A stretch of 42,318 nucleotides of DNA from Candidatus Sumerlaeota bacterium. Its GTDB lineage: Bacteria > Sumerlaeota > Sumerlaeia > MWCT01. Location: assembly GCA_016931135.1 (NCBI GenBank), contig JAFGFK010000279.1, forward strand, positions 1 to 42,318, read 5' to 3'. This document shows, piece by piece, positions 29,089-38,595 of this stretch; positions within the stretch are counted from its first letter, which is position 1; the number at the start of each line of letters is the position of its first letter. The position numbers were made by a program, and so were the translations under genes. The notes under the pieces were generated by a model. That model was not told where the DNA came from, ran no database searches, and saw only the letters and a program-made list of their open reading frames with translations.

Positions 29089-30072
29089 ATGAAACGGGGA
29101 CAGAACAAATTCAAACGACGGTTAAAGGAATATTCCGAGGCGTATCTCTATCTTCTTCCCGCATTAGGCGTTGTCGCGCTGTTCTGGTTGTTTCCCGTCA
29201 TTCTTTCCATCATCGTTTCCTTTACCAATTGGAAGGGATTGGATACCTGGTCCACGGTGAAATGGGTAGGATTCGCTAATTACGCCAATGTCCTGATGGA
29301 TGAGGAATTCCACCAGTCTCTTTTGAATACCTTTCATTACGCCATGTACAGCGCGCCTCTGACTTTCATCGTCTCCCTGATCGCAGCCATTTTGCTCAAT
29401 ACCCGGATTCGAGGCAGGTCGTTTTTTCGAACGGTTTATTTCCTCCCGTTTATTACCACCTGGGTGGCAATTTCCATCTTATGGAAGTATTTCTATCATC
29501 GCGATTTCGGTCTTGCCAATTATTTCCTGAAATCGCTGGGATTGAAACCCCTGCAATGGTTGAGTGAACCCAAAGGAATTTTTACCCTTTTATTCGCCCC
29601 TCTTGGCATCGATATCAAACGCCCGCTGCTGGCAGGACCCAGCCTCGCGATGTTTTCCATTATCCTGACTTCGATCTGGAGATCCGTGGGATACTACATG
29701 ATCATATTTCTCGCCGGTTTGCAGAATATCGACAAATCCTATTACGAGGCTGCGGAAATCGACGGCGCCAATCCCTGGCAGCGGTTTCTTCATATCACGT
29801 TTCCCCTCTTGTCTCCCATCACTTTTTTTATCCTGATTGTTTCTCTTATCAATAGTTTCAAGGTATTTGTTCCGATGTTGATCATGACGCCCAGCGGGGG
29901 ACCCGACAATACGACCATTACGATTGTATTTCATCTCTATGAAAAGGGCTTTCAGGGACTCTGGCTGATGGGACGCGCATCGGCAGTCGCTTATATCCTT
30001 TTTCTGATTATCCTGGGCATTACCCTGATTCAGAATTTATTCCTGGGTCGCAGGGTGCATTATGAGAGTTGA
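29089..30072 (+). CDS. Carbohydrate ABC transporter permease (CUT1, MalF/UgpA-like)
   Basis: WVGFANY, FRTVYFLP, and EAA loop LAGLQNIDKSYYEAAEIDGA. Confidence 0.93.
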   Translation: MKRGQNKFKRRLKEYSEAYLYLLPALGVVALFWLFPVILSIIVSFTNWKGLDTWSTVKWVGFANYANVLMDEEFHQSLLNTFHYAMYSAPLTFIVSLIAAILLNTRIRGRSFFRTVYFLPFITTWVAISILWKYFYHRDFGLANYFLKSLGLKPLQWLSEPKGIFTLLFAPLGIDIKRPLLAGPSLAMFSIILTSIWRSVGYYMIIFLAGLQNIDKSYYEAAEIDGANPWQRFLHITFPLLSPITFFILIVSLINSFKVFVPMLIMTPSGGPDNTTITIVFHLYEKGFQGLWLMGRASAVAYILFLIILGITLIQNLFLGRRVHYES

Positions 30073-30090
30073 TCGAAACGGATCGGTTTC

Positions 30091-31170
30091 ATGAAAAGAC
30101 AAAAACAGAATAATATCACAATTCATCACGAAAGAAAATTCCTCGATCTGGTATTTGTATCGAATATCTTCGTTTTTATCCTTTTCCTGATAGGATTTCG
30201 CCTGGGGACCCGTATGAATGGAGAGTTTTCTCTTTTTACTCCCGCAAGATGGATTCTTCTTTATATCGCTGTTCTGGGTATTCTCGTTGCTTTGTCCATT
30301 TTCTGGCGAACCGGGGGAGCCTGGGTCAACCAGACCCTTGTGTATCAAATATTGCTCGCAGGATGTATTTTCATGATCCTTCCCTTTTTCTGGATGATCA
30401 TCACTTCGTTCAAGACATATAAGGAAGCCATGGCTTTCCCCCCCCTGTGGTGGCCCGAAAAGTTTCAATGGAAGAACTGGGTGGAAGCCTGGAATGCGCC
30501 GAAAGCCAATACCTATGGCGATCCTCCGGTTCCTTTGACCTTCACACGGTATTTCTTTGTCAGCGTTCTGGTGGGATTGGCGACCACAGGCGGGATTCTT
30601 TTCACATCCGCATTGGCGGCTTATGCCTTTGCCAAAATGAAATTTCCGGGTAAAGGGCTCTTTTTTTATATTATTCTTGCCATGATGATGGTGCCGGGAC
30701 AAGCGCTCCTGATCCCCAATTATCTCACCCTTGCCAAATTTCACTGGCTGGACCGCTATCATGCGCTGGTCATCCCCTGGCTTGCCAATGTCTTCACCAT
30801 ATTTCTGATGCGGCAGTTTTTCATGACCATTCCCAATGATCTCTGGGATGCAGCGCAAATTGACGGGGCGGGACGTTTTCGCTTTCTCTGGCAGGTCATG
30901 ATACCTCTTTCCAAGCCCGTCTTGATTACAGCCGGTATTTTCGATTTTCTCGGCAGCTGGAATTCCCTGTTCTGGCCCCTTATCGTGGTGACGCGCCCCG
31001 AAATGAGAACCCTTATGGTGGGATTGCAGGCTTTCAACCAGGATGCAGGCTCCGATTATCATCTTCTCATGGCTGCATCCACATTCGCCGTTCTTCCCAT
31101 TGTCTTCATTTTTTTCTTTCTCCAGCGATTTTTCATTCAGGGCATTGCCAGAACAGGCTTGAAATCATAG
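30091..31170 (+). CDS. Carbohydrate ABC transporter permease (CUT1, MalG/UgpE-like) with N-terminal extension
   Basis: PFFWMIITSFK, AAYAFAK, FLMRQFF.TIPNDLWDAAQIDGA, FFFLQRFFIQGI...GLK. Confidence 0.93.
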   Translation: MKRQKQNNITIHHERKFLDLVFVSNIFVFILFLIGFRLGTRMNGEFSLFTPARWILLYIAVLGILVALSIFWRTGGAWVNQTLVYQILLAGCIFMILPFFWMIITSFKTYKEAMAFPPLWWPEKFQWKNWVEAWNAPKANTYGDPPVPLTFTRYFFVSVLVGLATTGGILFTSALAAYAFAKMKFPGKGLFFYIILAMMMVPGQALLIPNYLTLAKFHWLDRYHALVIPWLANVFTIFLMRQFFMTIPNDLWDAAQIDGAGRFRFLWQVMIPLSKPVLITAGIFDFLGSWNSLFWPLIVVTRPEMRTLMVGLQAFNQDAGSDYHLLMAASTFAVLPIVFIFFFLQRFFIQGIARTGLKS

Positions 31171-31182
31171 AGGGGTTGAAAA

Positions 31183-31422
31183 ATGGCTTTTGAAGATATT
31201 AAAATCATCATCAAGACAAATGGGGAGATATGGGTGGATTTGGGGGATATGGAACCTCACAGGATCAATCATTACAAGGAACTGTTTGAGGAGGCGATCG
31301 GACCGGTAAAGGGTTCGATAACAGGCGCCGATGGCGGCGGCGGCAAGGGCGCGGCGCCTCTGCTTAGCCAGGGGATAACCGCCGATGAGAAGAAGGAAAA
31401 GGAACAAATCAAGGATGGTTGA
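31183..31422 (+). CDS. Small hypothetical protein, possibly DUF2997-like
   Basis: GAGG RBS and operon position. IKIIIKTNGEI...LFEEAIGPV resembles the DUF2997 pattern, which is a tentative call. Confidence 0.6.
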   Translation: MAFEDIKIIIKTNGEIWVDLGDMEPHRINHYKELFEEAIGPVKGSITGADGGGGKGAAPLLSQGITADEKKEKEQIKDG

Positions 31423-31460
31423 CGTTATCATCTCATTGAAATTGTTTCATTGATTCGGAG

Positions 31461-32561
31461 GTGTCTCATTTGAAGGTCTGTCCCCACTGCCATTTTTACA
31501 ACCAGGAACGAAACAAGAGATGTTTGAAATGCGGCTGGATTTTAGACCCTGTCAAGGACCTTCCTCAATTCAAGACAGGTCTCAAATCCAGGCGTTTCCC
31601 CCTGCTGGATGAAACTTTCCGCAAAATTCTCTGGAGACTGAAAAAAATATTCCGGTCGGAAATCCCGGAAGGAATTCCCCATCGCTTCCCTTTTCTGGCG
31701 GCAGGATTGTCCCTGTTATTCGGCGCGGGGCAGGTTTACAATCGGCAATATAAAAAAGCCGCTTTTTTCTTTCTCGCCGATGTCTTATGGCTCTGGATTG
31801 TCGCAGCGACCATTACCTTGTGGTATTCCAATATCATTATATTCTTTTTCGTCGCCTTTCTTCTCTATGCCTATAATGATGGTCTTGTCACTGCCGTGAA
31901 AATAAACGGACAGCAATGGACCTTGCGATATTCCCTGGCAGCCTATTCCGCGCTTTTTTTTATTCTGGGTTTTGTCATGATTATAAGTCAGTTTTTCTTT
32001 TTTTCCATCTTCAAACTGGTTCATGTTACGCAGCCCACGCTCGAGCCATTTTTTCACGATGGAGACCTGGTTTATGTGGATTGTCTCACCTACAAATTCA
32101 GAAAACCTCAAAGGGGCGAAATAATATTCTACACCCCGGAACGTTTTTATATGGAAATCCCTTCCGCCGGTTGGGATGGGACAAAATACGCCGTTTGGGA
32201 AAGGCGCACCTTTGAAAGAATCATGGGGCTGCCTGGAGATGTCGTGGAACGTAAACAGGGAAAATTTTATCTCAACGGCAATCCCATGCCTTACTGGATG
32301 CAGCCGATATTGCCGGATAATGTGTTTCCCGATATGAAATTCGAGGTTCCGGAGAAGCGTTATCTCGCCATCTTTTCCCATTCCCCCCAGGAAATATCGC
32401 TGGGTCCTTCCTGGGGAGGGAAAAGCCCCTCTCTCCGGGCGCCTGGAGTCATTCTGATCGGATGGGATAAAACCTGTCTTGTGGAAAAAAAACAGATTTT
32501 CGGAAGAGCCATGTTCATTATCAATCCCCCCAAACATCGAAGGGCGCTTTTGTATCAATAA
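31461..32561 (+). CDS. Signal peptidase I (S26) homologue with N-terminal zinc ribbon and extra TM helices; catalytic residues degenerate
   Basis: CPHC...CLKC, GAGQVYN (TM2-like), LEPFFHDGDLVYV, KPQRGEIIF, RIMGLPGDVV, IFGRAMF. True start may be TTG 31470, which has better GGAGG spacing. Confidence 0.8.
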   Translation: MSHLKVCPHCHFYNQERNKRCLKCGWILDPVKDLPQFKTGLKSRRFPLLDETFRKILWRLKKIFRSEIPEGIPHRFPFLAAGLSLLFGAGQVYNRQYKKAAFFFLADVLWLWIVAATITLWYSNIIIFFFVAFLLYAYNDGLVTAVKINGQQWTLRYSLAAYSALFFILGFVMIISQFFFFSIFKLVHVTQPTLEPFFHDGDLVYVDCLTYKFRKPQRGEIIFYTPERFYMEIPSAGWDGTKYAVWERRTFERIMGLPGDVVERKQGKFYLNGNPMPYWMQPILPDNVFPDMKFEVPEKRYLAIFSHSPQEISLGPSWGGKSPSLRAPGVILIGWDKTCLVEKKQIFGRAMFIINPPKHRRALLYQ

Positions 32562-32593
32562 TCTATCTTGGGAACTCAACCTGTTCGTATTCC

Positions 32594-35149
32594 TCAAACT
32601 TTGAGCAGGATATTTGTTCTCATCACTCTCATTTCCTGACGCGCCGAAGCGTCAAGAGCCAGAATGCTCACGAGAGCCGACCTCGGATCAATATAGTTCT
32701 TATCGTCCAAACGGATTCGGATACAAAATCTGGATGCCTGCTCTTTTTCCTGAAGATGCGTCAGATTCACAACGCTTTTTTTAAGGTCTCTCTCGATCCA
32801 TCCGGACTTTCGGGGAATACGGACCTGCCATGCGCTGGATTGAATGAACGATTGGAGGCTGGATAAGGATTGGCATTGTAACGGCCGGGGTAGAACCGCC
32901 TCATAATCTGCAGCAGTGGCGGCGCTTCCCAGCGATGGATGTTTCAAAGGAATTTCTTCGATTTTCAGGAATTCCAATCCCTGGGGCGCTTGCTCCCCCA
33001 TTCTGACCAGTATATCTTCTGGATCGGAGATTCGGGAAAGGAAGAGGTCGATCAGTTCTCCGGCGCCTTCATAACCCAGGGGCAGGGGAGGACCGTATTG
33101 CGCCCGGGGAAGGGGATTGAAACCCTGGGTAAACGCCATGGGGACGCCGGCGCGTTTCAGAATGGCGTGTATGGTTTTACCCAGGTCCAGGTGCGAGATC
33201 AGGCATATCGCTCCTTTTTTGGCGTACGTGATGCGTAATCGTTGAAGGGGGATAGCGGGAATGCGAGGCTTTTGAAGAAGGGGCGAAGATTCGGAAGCCT
33301 TCTTCTCATACGAGGGTGAGAGAATATTCCCCTGCCCTCCCTCACAGGCGCCGCAGCCCTGGCAACCTTCGTGAACGCAATTGGGAGTGATCTCTCCGGC
33401 AAATCCCTTTTTCCATTCCCTGTATAGAAAGGATTTATTCACGCCCGGATGGATATGATCCCATGGGAAGAGTTCGTTTTCCCTTCTTTCACGGGTGGCG
33501 TAGAAGGATGGATCGATTCCAGTTTCCTGAAACGCCCGCTGCCAGAGATCAGGACGGAAGGTTTCGTTCCAGCTGTCGAATCGGCAACCCAGTTCCCATG
33601 CCCTGAGAAGCGCCCGAGCGAGTTTTCGATCTCCCCGGGCAAATACCGCCTCCAGGTTGCTTTGGTTGATGTTATGCGCTTTGATGGTTATCCTCCTGGA
33701 TTTTATCCCGCTTTTGATATGCTCGATGCGCTCCTTGAGGATCGCAGGGCTGCATTGGCTTTCCCATTGGAAAGGAGTATGCGCCTTGGGGACAAAAGGA
33801 GACAATGTGACATTGATAGTATAGATTCCCCTCTTTGCCTCCCTTGCCGCGTTTTCCACCTGTTTGATCAACCGAATCATCCCATCGATGTCCTCGATAG
33901 TTTCCGTGGGAAGTCCGATCATGAAATAAAGTTTCAAGGTTTTCCTCCCGGAAGAAAAAGCCTTTCGGATGATATCGAGAAGCGTTGCGTCGTTGACAGG
34001 TTTATTGATGATGCGTCGCAATCTTTCCGTTCCCGCCTCGGGCGCCAGCGTAAGCCCGCTTTGCCGTACCGATTGCGCAGAGTCGATCATCTCAAGATCG
34101 CAGGAATTGATCCTGATGGAGGGAAGGGAAACGCTCACGCCGCGGGAGTCGAATTTCTCCCTGAGGGCGCGCATGAGGGGAGAAAGGCGGCTGTAATCCG
34201 CCGTAGAAAGGGCGAGGAGAGATATTTCTTCAAATCCGGTATTCTTGATACCGCATTCCGCGATTTCAAGAATCTGCTCCACCGGGCGTTCTCTGATCGG
34301 ACGGTTGATCATGCCGGCCTGGCAGAATCGGCATCCATTGGCGCATCCACGACACGCCTCGATTGCCAGACGCTCCTGGATGATTCTCAGGTTCGGCGCG
34401 ATAGGGCGAACAGGACCCTTATCCAGCGCTATGTTGAATCGTCTTGCCTCGATGGATGGCGGGACTCCCTTTTTTGTCACCTTCATTGCGGAAAGCGTTT
34501 GATCCGAAGCGTACTCAGGGATATAAAAAGAAGGCGCATAGACTCCAGGAATATCCTTCAGTTTCCACAGGAGATCGTTTCTTGTTCCTTTTCCATTTTT
34601 TTTGAAATCCGCAACCATGTCCATGATTTCAAGCGCCACATCCTCGCCATCACCGATGACAAAGGCGTCAAAGAAATCGGCGACTGGTTCCGGCGCCAAG
34701 GCGCCCTCCCCCCCTCCGATTACCAGGGGAAACGCCTCGGTTCTATCGGAAGATTTGATGGGCGCTCCTCCGACTTCAAGCATTGTGAGGATATTGGAAT
34801 AAAGGAGCTCATGTTGGAGAGTAAATCCAATGATGTCGAATTGATAAAGAGGCGCGCCGGTTTCAAGAGAGCAGAGGGGGGAACCGGTTTCACGTAACAA
34901 TTTTTCCGCATCCAACCATGGGGCGAAGGCGCGTTCCGCCGCATACCCTTCTCTGGCGTTGATCCGTTCATATAGAATCCTGAATCCGTGATAGGACATG
35001 CCGATTTCATAAACATCGGGAAAGGCGAGAACCATGCGAACCAGACAGGATTCTGCGTCTTTGGCGATTGCGTTCCATTCTCGGGCAATATAACGCCCCG
35101 GACGCTCCACCTTTATGTATTCATACCAGCTAGCGGCTTTTGCGTTCAT
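32594..35149 (-). CDS. TIGR03960-family B12-binding radical SAM protein fused to TIGR03936/DUF2344 domain
   Basis: VERPGRY, FPDVYEIGMS, RGCANGCRFCQAG, APEAGTERLR, FVPKAHTPFQW, LFPWDHI, CQGCGAC, then ISHLD...FTQGFNP. Confidence 0.9.
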   Translation of the reverse strand: MNAKAASWYEYIKVERPGRYIAREWNAIAKDAESCLVRMVLAFPDVYEIGMSYHGFRILYERINAREGYAAERAFAPWLDAEKLLRETGSPLCSLETGAPLYQFDIIGFTLQHELLYSNILTMLEVGGAPIKSSDRTEAFPLVIGGGEGALAPEPVADFFDAFVIGDGEDVALEIMDMVADFKKNGKGTRNDLLWKLKDIPGVYAPSFYIPEYASDQTLSAMKVTKKGVPPSIEARRFNIALDKGPVRPIAPNLRIIQERLAIEACRGCANGCRFCQAGMINRPIRERPVEQILEIAECGIKNTGFEEISLLALSTADYSRLSPLMRALREKFDSRGVSVSLPSIRINSCDLEMIDSAQSVRQSGLTLAPEAGTERLRRIINKPVNDATLLDIIRKAFSSGRKTLKLYFMIGLPTETIEDIDGMIRLIKQVENAAREAKRGIYTINVTLSPFVPKAHTPFQWESQCSPAILKERIEHIKSGIKSRRITIKAHNINQSNLEAVFARGDRKLARALLRAWELGCRFDSWNETFRPDLWQRAFQETGIDPSFYATRERRENELFPWDHIHPGVNKSFLYREWKKGFAGEITPNCVHEGCQGCGACEGGQGNILSPSYEKKASESSPLLQKPRIPAIPLQRLRITYAKKGAICLISHLDLGKTIHAILKRAGVPMAFTQGFNPLPRAQYGPPLPLGYEGAGELIDLFLSRISDPEDILVRMGEQAPQGLEFLKIEEIPLKHPSLGSAATAADYEAVLPRPLQCQSLSSLQSFIQSSAWQVRIPRKSGWIERDLKKSVVNLTHLQEKEQASRFCIRIRLDDKNYIDPRSALVSILALDASARQEMRVMRTNILLKV

Positions 35150-35246
35150 TGGTTTAAATATATTGTTTTTCCTTTTTTATGTTGAAGTCGATCTTCTTGA
35201 TACGATATTAAAAACAGTTAAATAACATCGCAAGTGGAGGGAAGCA

Positions 35247-36281
35247 ATGCCAAATTGGAGGATAATGATCGTTGACGATGAGCCAGATCTGATCAGTTTA
35301 TTGACCCAGGTCATTTCCACCCGCTACGAGGTTGTTGTTGCGCATAACGGCATGGACGCCCTGGAAAAACTGGATCGGTATGAACCGGATTTCATCATCC
35401 TCGATGTGATGATGCCCCTTATGGATGGATTTGACGCCTGCGCCGCCATCCGTAAAAAAAACTTGTACAAGGACGCCCCCATCTATTTCCTTACCTCATC
35501 TTCCGATCGGGAGGATATTAAAAAAGGATATGCCCTGGGATGCAATCTCTATCTTCAGAAACCATTCGATCCATTCCGATTGTTGAAGAATATCGACTTT
35601 TATTATGAGAAGAACCCCATCCCTCCCAAGACAAAAAAGTATAACCTGAAGCAGCTTCAGGAGATGGACGCCAAACCATCTCCCCGTAGGGAATTCAAGC
35701 CCTCCCCGGAGAAAAAAATCCTGGTGCGCGTGATGTATATCGATGATAATGAGGAAACCCTGGGATTTGTTTCCTTTGCCCTGAAAAATGAGAAGGATCC
35801 CCAGTTTGAATTTGAAATCATCACCACCTCCCAACCCATCGAGGCGCTCTCTCAAATCGTTCATTATGAGCCGGATATTGTCCTCCTCGATATCAAGATG
35901 CCCAAACTGGATGGCTTTCAACTCTCCCAGATCATCAAAATCAATCAAAATCTTAAATCCACCGAGATTCAGTTTGTCTCCGCAGTGGCGACTCCCAAAG
36001 ACGTGGAATATGTAAATCATGTAACCGGAAATCCTTTGCTCAGAAAGCCTTTTGAAATCAAAAGCCTTGTTCAGGCGTTGAAGAATATATGCCGGAAACC
36101 GGAGTTTCATATAAAAGAAAAACGCATCTCATACGAAGAGATACAGAAGGAATTGCGGATTGAAAAACAATCAAAAGAAGATGAAATCAGGCGTATCCAG
36201 GAACAAAAGGCTATCCAGGATCATTTGAAACCTCTTACCGAATTCTATAAGGATTTCGAGAAAAAAGAGAAGAAAAGTTGA
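35247..36281 (+). CDS. Response regulator with two receiver domains and a charged helical tail
   Basis: REC1 IVDDE/ILDVMMP/FLT/LQKPF and REC2 IDDN/LLDIKMP/FVSA/LRKPF. GGAGG RBS. Confidence 0.9.
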   Translation: MPNWRIMIVDDEPDLISLLTQVISTRYEVVVAHNGMDALEKLDRYEPDFIILDVMMPLMDGFDACAAIRKKNLYKDAPIYFLTSSSDREDIKKGYALGCNLYLQKPFDPFRLLKNIDFYYEKNPIPPKTKKYNLKQLQEMDAKPSPRREFKPSPEKKILVRVMYIDDNEETLGFVSFALKNEKDPQFEFEIITTSQPIEALSQIVHYEPDIVLLDIKMPKLDGFQLSQIIKINQNLKSTEIQFVSAVATPKDVEYVNHVTGNPLLRKPFEIKSLVQALKNICRKPEFHIKEKRISYEEIQKELRIEKQSKEDEIRRIQEQKAIQDHLKPLTEFYKDFEKKEKKS

Positions 36282-36327
36282 GGGAGACATCCCGAACGAT
36301 ACGGATCAAAACCTGATGAATCTTCCC

Positions 36328-38589
36328 TTATCGATATTTCTTGAAATCCTTCAGTCGATTCAGAAAATCCTGCAATTGTCGGGATAGTTCAGTGATTTGT
36401 TTGTCAGGTCCGAACCTGATTGCGTAATACAGCCGGCTTCCTTCTTCCAGGAGGTCGTAAGGCGCATGACATTCTCTTCCCAATTCAAAAAGGAATTCTC
36501 TTGCCGTAAGATTCACCGGGCGATGAATGGTTTTCCCCGCGATCAGTTTGATCATCCGGTAGTAGAAAAGGTTGCTCATTCTTCTCAAAGGGGGGAAAAA
36601 CGGCGAATAGGTCTTGCCGCGCGTTCTATTCTTTAAACGCCTGTAAAAGACAATGGCGGAAAGATTCAAGACGAAAAGAAATCCCGCAAAGGATATGATG
36701 AGGGGGTGCCGCAGATTGAGAAACAGCCTTTGCATCGCGCGGCTTTTCCTGAGCCTGATGATAAGAGGGTTCATGACTATACCGCATTTCTTCTTCATAT
36801 ATTCATAAGACCGCTGGATCAGCTGCGCCTGTTGCCTGTCGTTGTATCCGAAGGTGAAGTTCTCCCATTTCCGCGAAAGAGACGTAAAAAAATCCGAAAT
36901 CTTCTTGAAATACAGTCGATCGGTATAAATCGTCATGGGCGCCGGGGGAGTGGGATCGAATCTTTCCCATCCATATTCCCTGTCATATACCTCTACCCAG
37001 GTATGGGCGTCACTTTGACGAATGATAAACTTTTGTTCCTTTTTGTCATAAGAACCGCCGTGAAAACCGGAAGCCAGACGGCAGGGTATGCCTTGGGTTC
37101 GCAAAAGCATCATCATACTCGTAGCGAATAATTCGCAATGTCCCTGTTTGGTCGAAAATAAAAAATCCTCGATGGGATTGTCATCCCTCAGGGATCCCAC
37201 CTTCAAAGAATATTGATAATCGTTCATGAGAAACGATTCGATCCTTCGCGCCTTCTCAAATGTCGAGGATGACTTACCGGCGATCCTCGCAGCCAGAAGA
37301 TCAATCTTATCCCCATCGAGATTTCTGGGAATATAAGTGAACCAGGGATTGGACAATATGGAAGATTCGTCTTCTTCCCGGAATGGGGTGGAAAGGCAAT
37401 AAGCCTCGTATTGGGTGATCATTTTCGGAGGAAGGATGAAAATGGCGTCGCCATGGTCTTTGAATACGGTTTCCGACAATCCACTCTCACTTTTCAGCAT
37501 GATAAGATGGGCAAGAGAGAAAATGTGTCGAGATGGAAAATCGATATATGAAATCTCCTGTTTGATTGTTTTGGGAGATTGTTTACCCGTATGTTGGAGT
37601 CGTGGCGTCATATCCGGTATTCCCGGAGTAAAATTGACGGTTCTGTTTTGAGGATCGATCGTATAAGTCTCATATTGTCGAAGTTGCTGGCTTTTAATCC
37701 AGGAAGTTCCGGTAAAAAGATCGAACGCGCCGCCCCTCAGGTAAAGATTTTCCTCTGTTATGCTTGTATCGTTGATTTTCACCTCCATGACCGGCTGGGG
37801 ATTGTTCTGTATGTTTCTAAGGCAACCCAGGTTGATTTCCGTCGAGAAACCGCTGAAAAGAACCTGTTCCGTAGTGGAGGGCAGGGGAATATCAGAATAA
37901 TAATAATGGCTGGATACTCGGGGAATCAGGAGAAAGATCAAGAGAGAGAGAAATACCACAAGGAAACCGGATAGCGTCATGATGCGCCGCCAGGAGGAAG
38001 GAAGCCCTTTTTCCTTTAATGACGTTTCCAGTTCTCTGAGCGTATCAACCGGCGTTGAATCCTGGATCTGGGATGAGAGAAGCGCGGACCTGGTTTGGAT
38101 TTCCAGGACTTTTTCCGCCTCGAACTGGACATTCAGCCATATCAGGGCGTATAGGGAGGAAAGGATGAAAAAAAACAAAAAGAACGGGAACAGGGAACTT
38201 CTAGTCAGAACCGCCGTGATGATGATCATCAGGAATGCCAGAATCCACATCAGGAGAATATCACGCGATTTCTTGGGATTGAAGGCTTTGCTGATTTGAA
38301 GAAATCCGATCTGGTAGGCAAAAATCACATGCATGGGTTTTACCCGAAAGAAAATAAGAATCAACGTGAAGAGAATAAAAAGCGCAGACGCCAGATTCCA
38401 TGCGCGCGTGTAACCTGGAAAGGGTTCCGTATTGCGGGTGATGAACCAGCTCGGAATAAGGACAAACAGAAAAAATCCAACGGCGATAAGCGAGTAATCC
38501 GGCAGCAGGAGCAGGGTTAAAAAGCCTGCGACTGTGGTTGAATAAATACCCCATTTCAACTTGAGCATGATCATTTTTGTATCAAACAT
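36328..38589 (-). CDS. TgpA-like membrane transglutaminase-domain protein (DUF3488 + transglutaminase core + DUF4129-like tail)
   Basis: N-terminal TM bundle ending FLLIPR, SGFS.EINLG, YLRG, catalytic triad GHCELFA / DAHTWVEVY / RFDPTP, a TM helix, TAREF...YYAIRFG. Confidence 0.9.
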   Translation of the reverse strand: MFDTKMIMLKLKWGIYSTTVAGFLTLLLLPDYSLIAVGFFLFVLIPSWFITRNTEPFPGYTRAWNLASALFILFTLILIFFRVKPMHVIFAYQIGFLQISKAFNPKKSRDILLMWILAFLMIIITAVLTRSSLFPFFLFFFILSSLYALIWLNVQFEAEKVLEIQTRSALLSSQIQDSTPVDTLRELETSLKEKGLPSSWRRIMTLSGFLVVFLSLLIFLLIPRVSSHYYYSDIPLPSTTEQVLFSGFSTEINLGCLRNIQNNPQPVMEVKINDTSITEENLYLRGGAFDLFTGTSWIKSQQLRQYETYTIDPQNRTVNFTPGIPDMTPRLQHTGKQSPKTIKQEISYIDFPSRHIFSLAHLIMLKSESGLSETVFKDHGDAIFILPPKMITQYEAYCLSTPFREEDESSILSNPWFTYIPRNLDGDKIDLLAARIAGKSSSTFEKARRIESFLMNDYQYSLKVGSLRDDNPIEDFLFSTKQGHCELFATSMMMLLRTQGIPCRLASGFHGGSYDKKEQKFIIRQSDAHTWVEVYDREYGWERFDPTPPAPMTIYTDRLYFKKISDFFTSLSRKWENFTFGYNDRQQAQLIQRSYEYMKKKCGIVMNPLIIRLRKSRAMQRLFLNLRHPLIISFAGFLFVLNLSAIVFYRRLKNRTRGKTYSPFFPPLRRMSNLFYYRMIKLIAGKTIHRPVNLTAREFLFELGRECHAPYDLLEEGSRLYYAIRFGPDKQITELSRQLQDFLNRLKDFKKYR

Positions 38590-38595
38590 ACCCTA

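Noticed and set aside
31461-32561. Annotating as functional lepB or as a pseudogene
   Set aside because: The catalytic dyad is absent, yet the frame is intact with added domains, so neither label fits.
33449-34897. 482-aa plus-strand ORF opposite the radical SAM fusion
   Set aside because: Fully antisense to a well-supported gene, with no recognisable domain.
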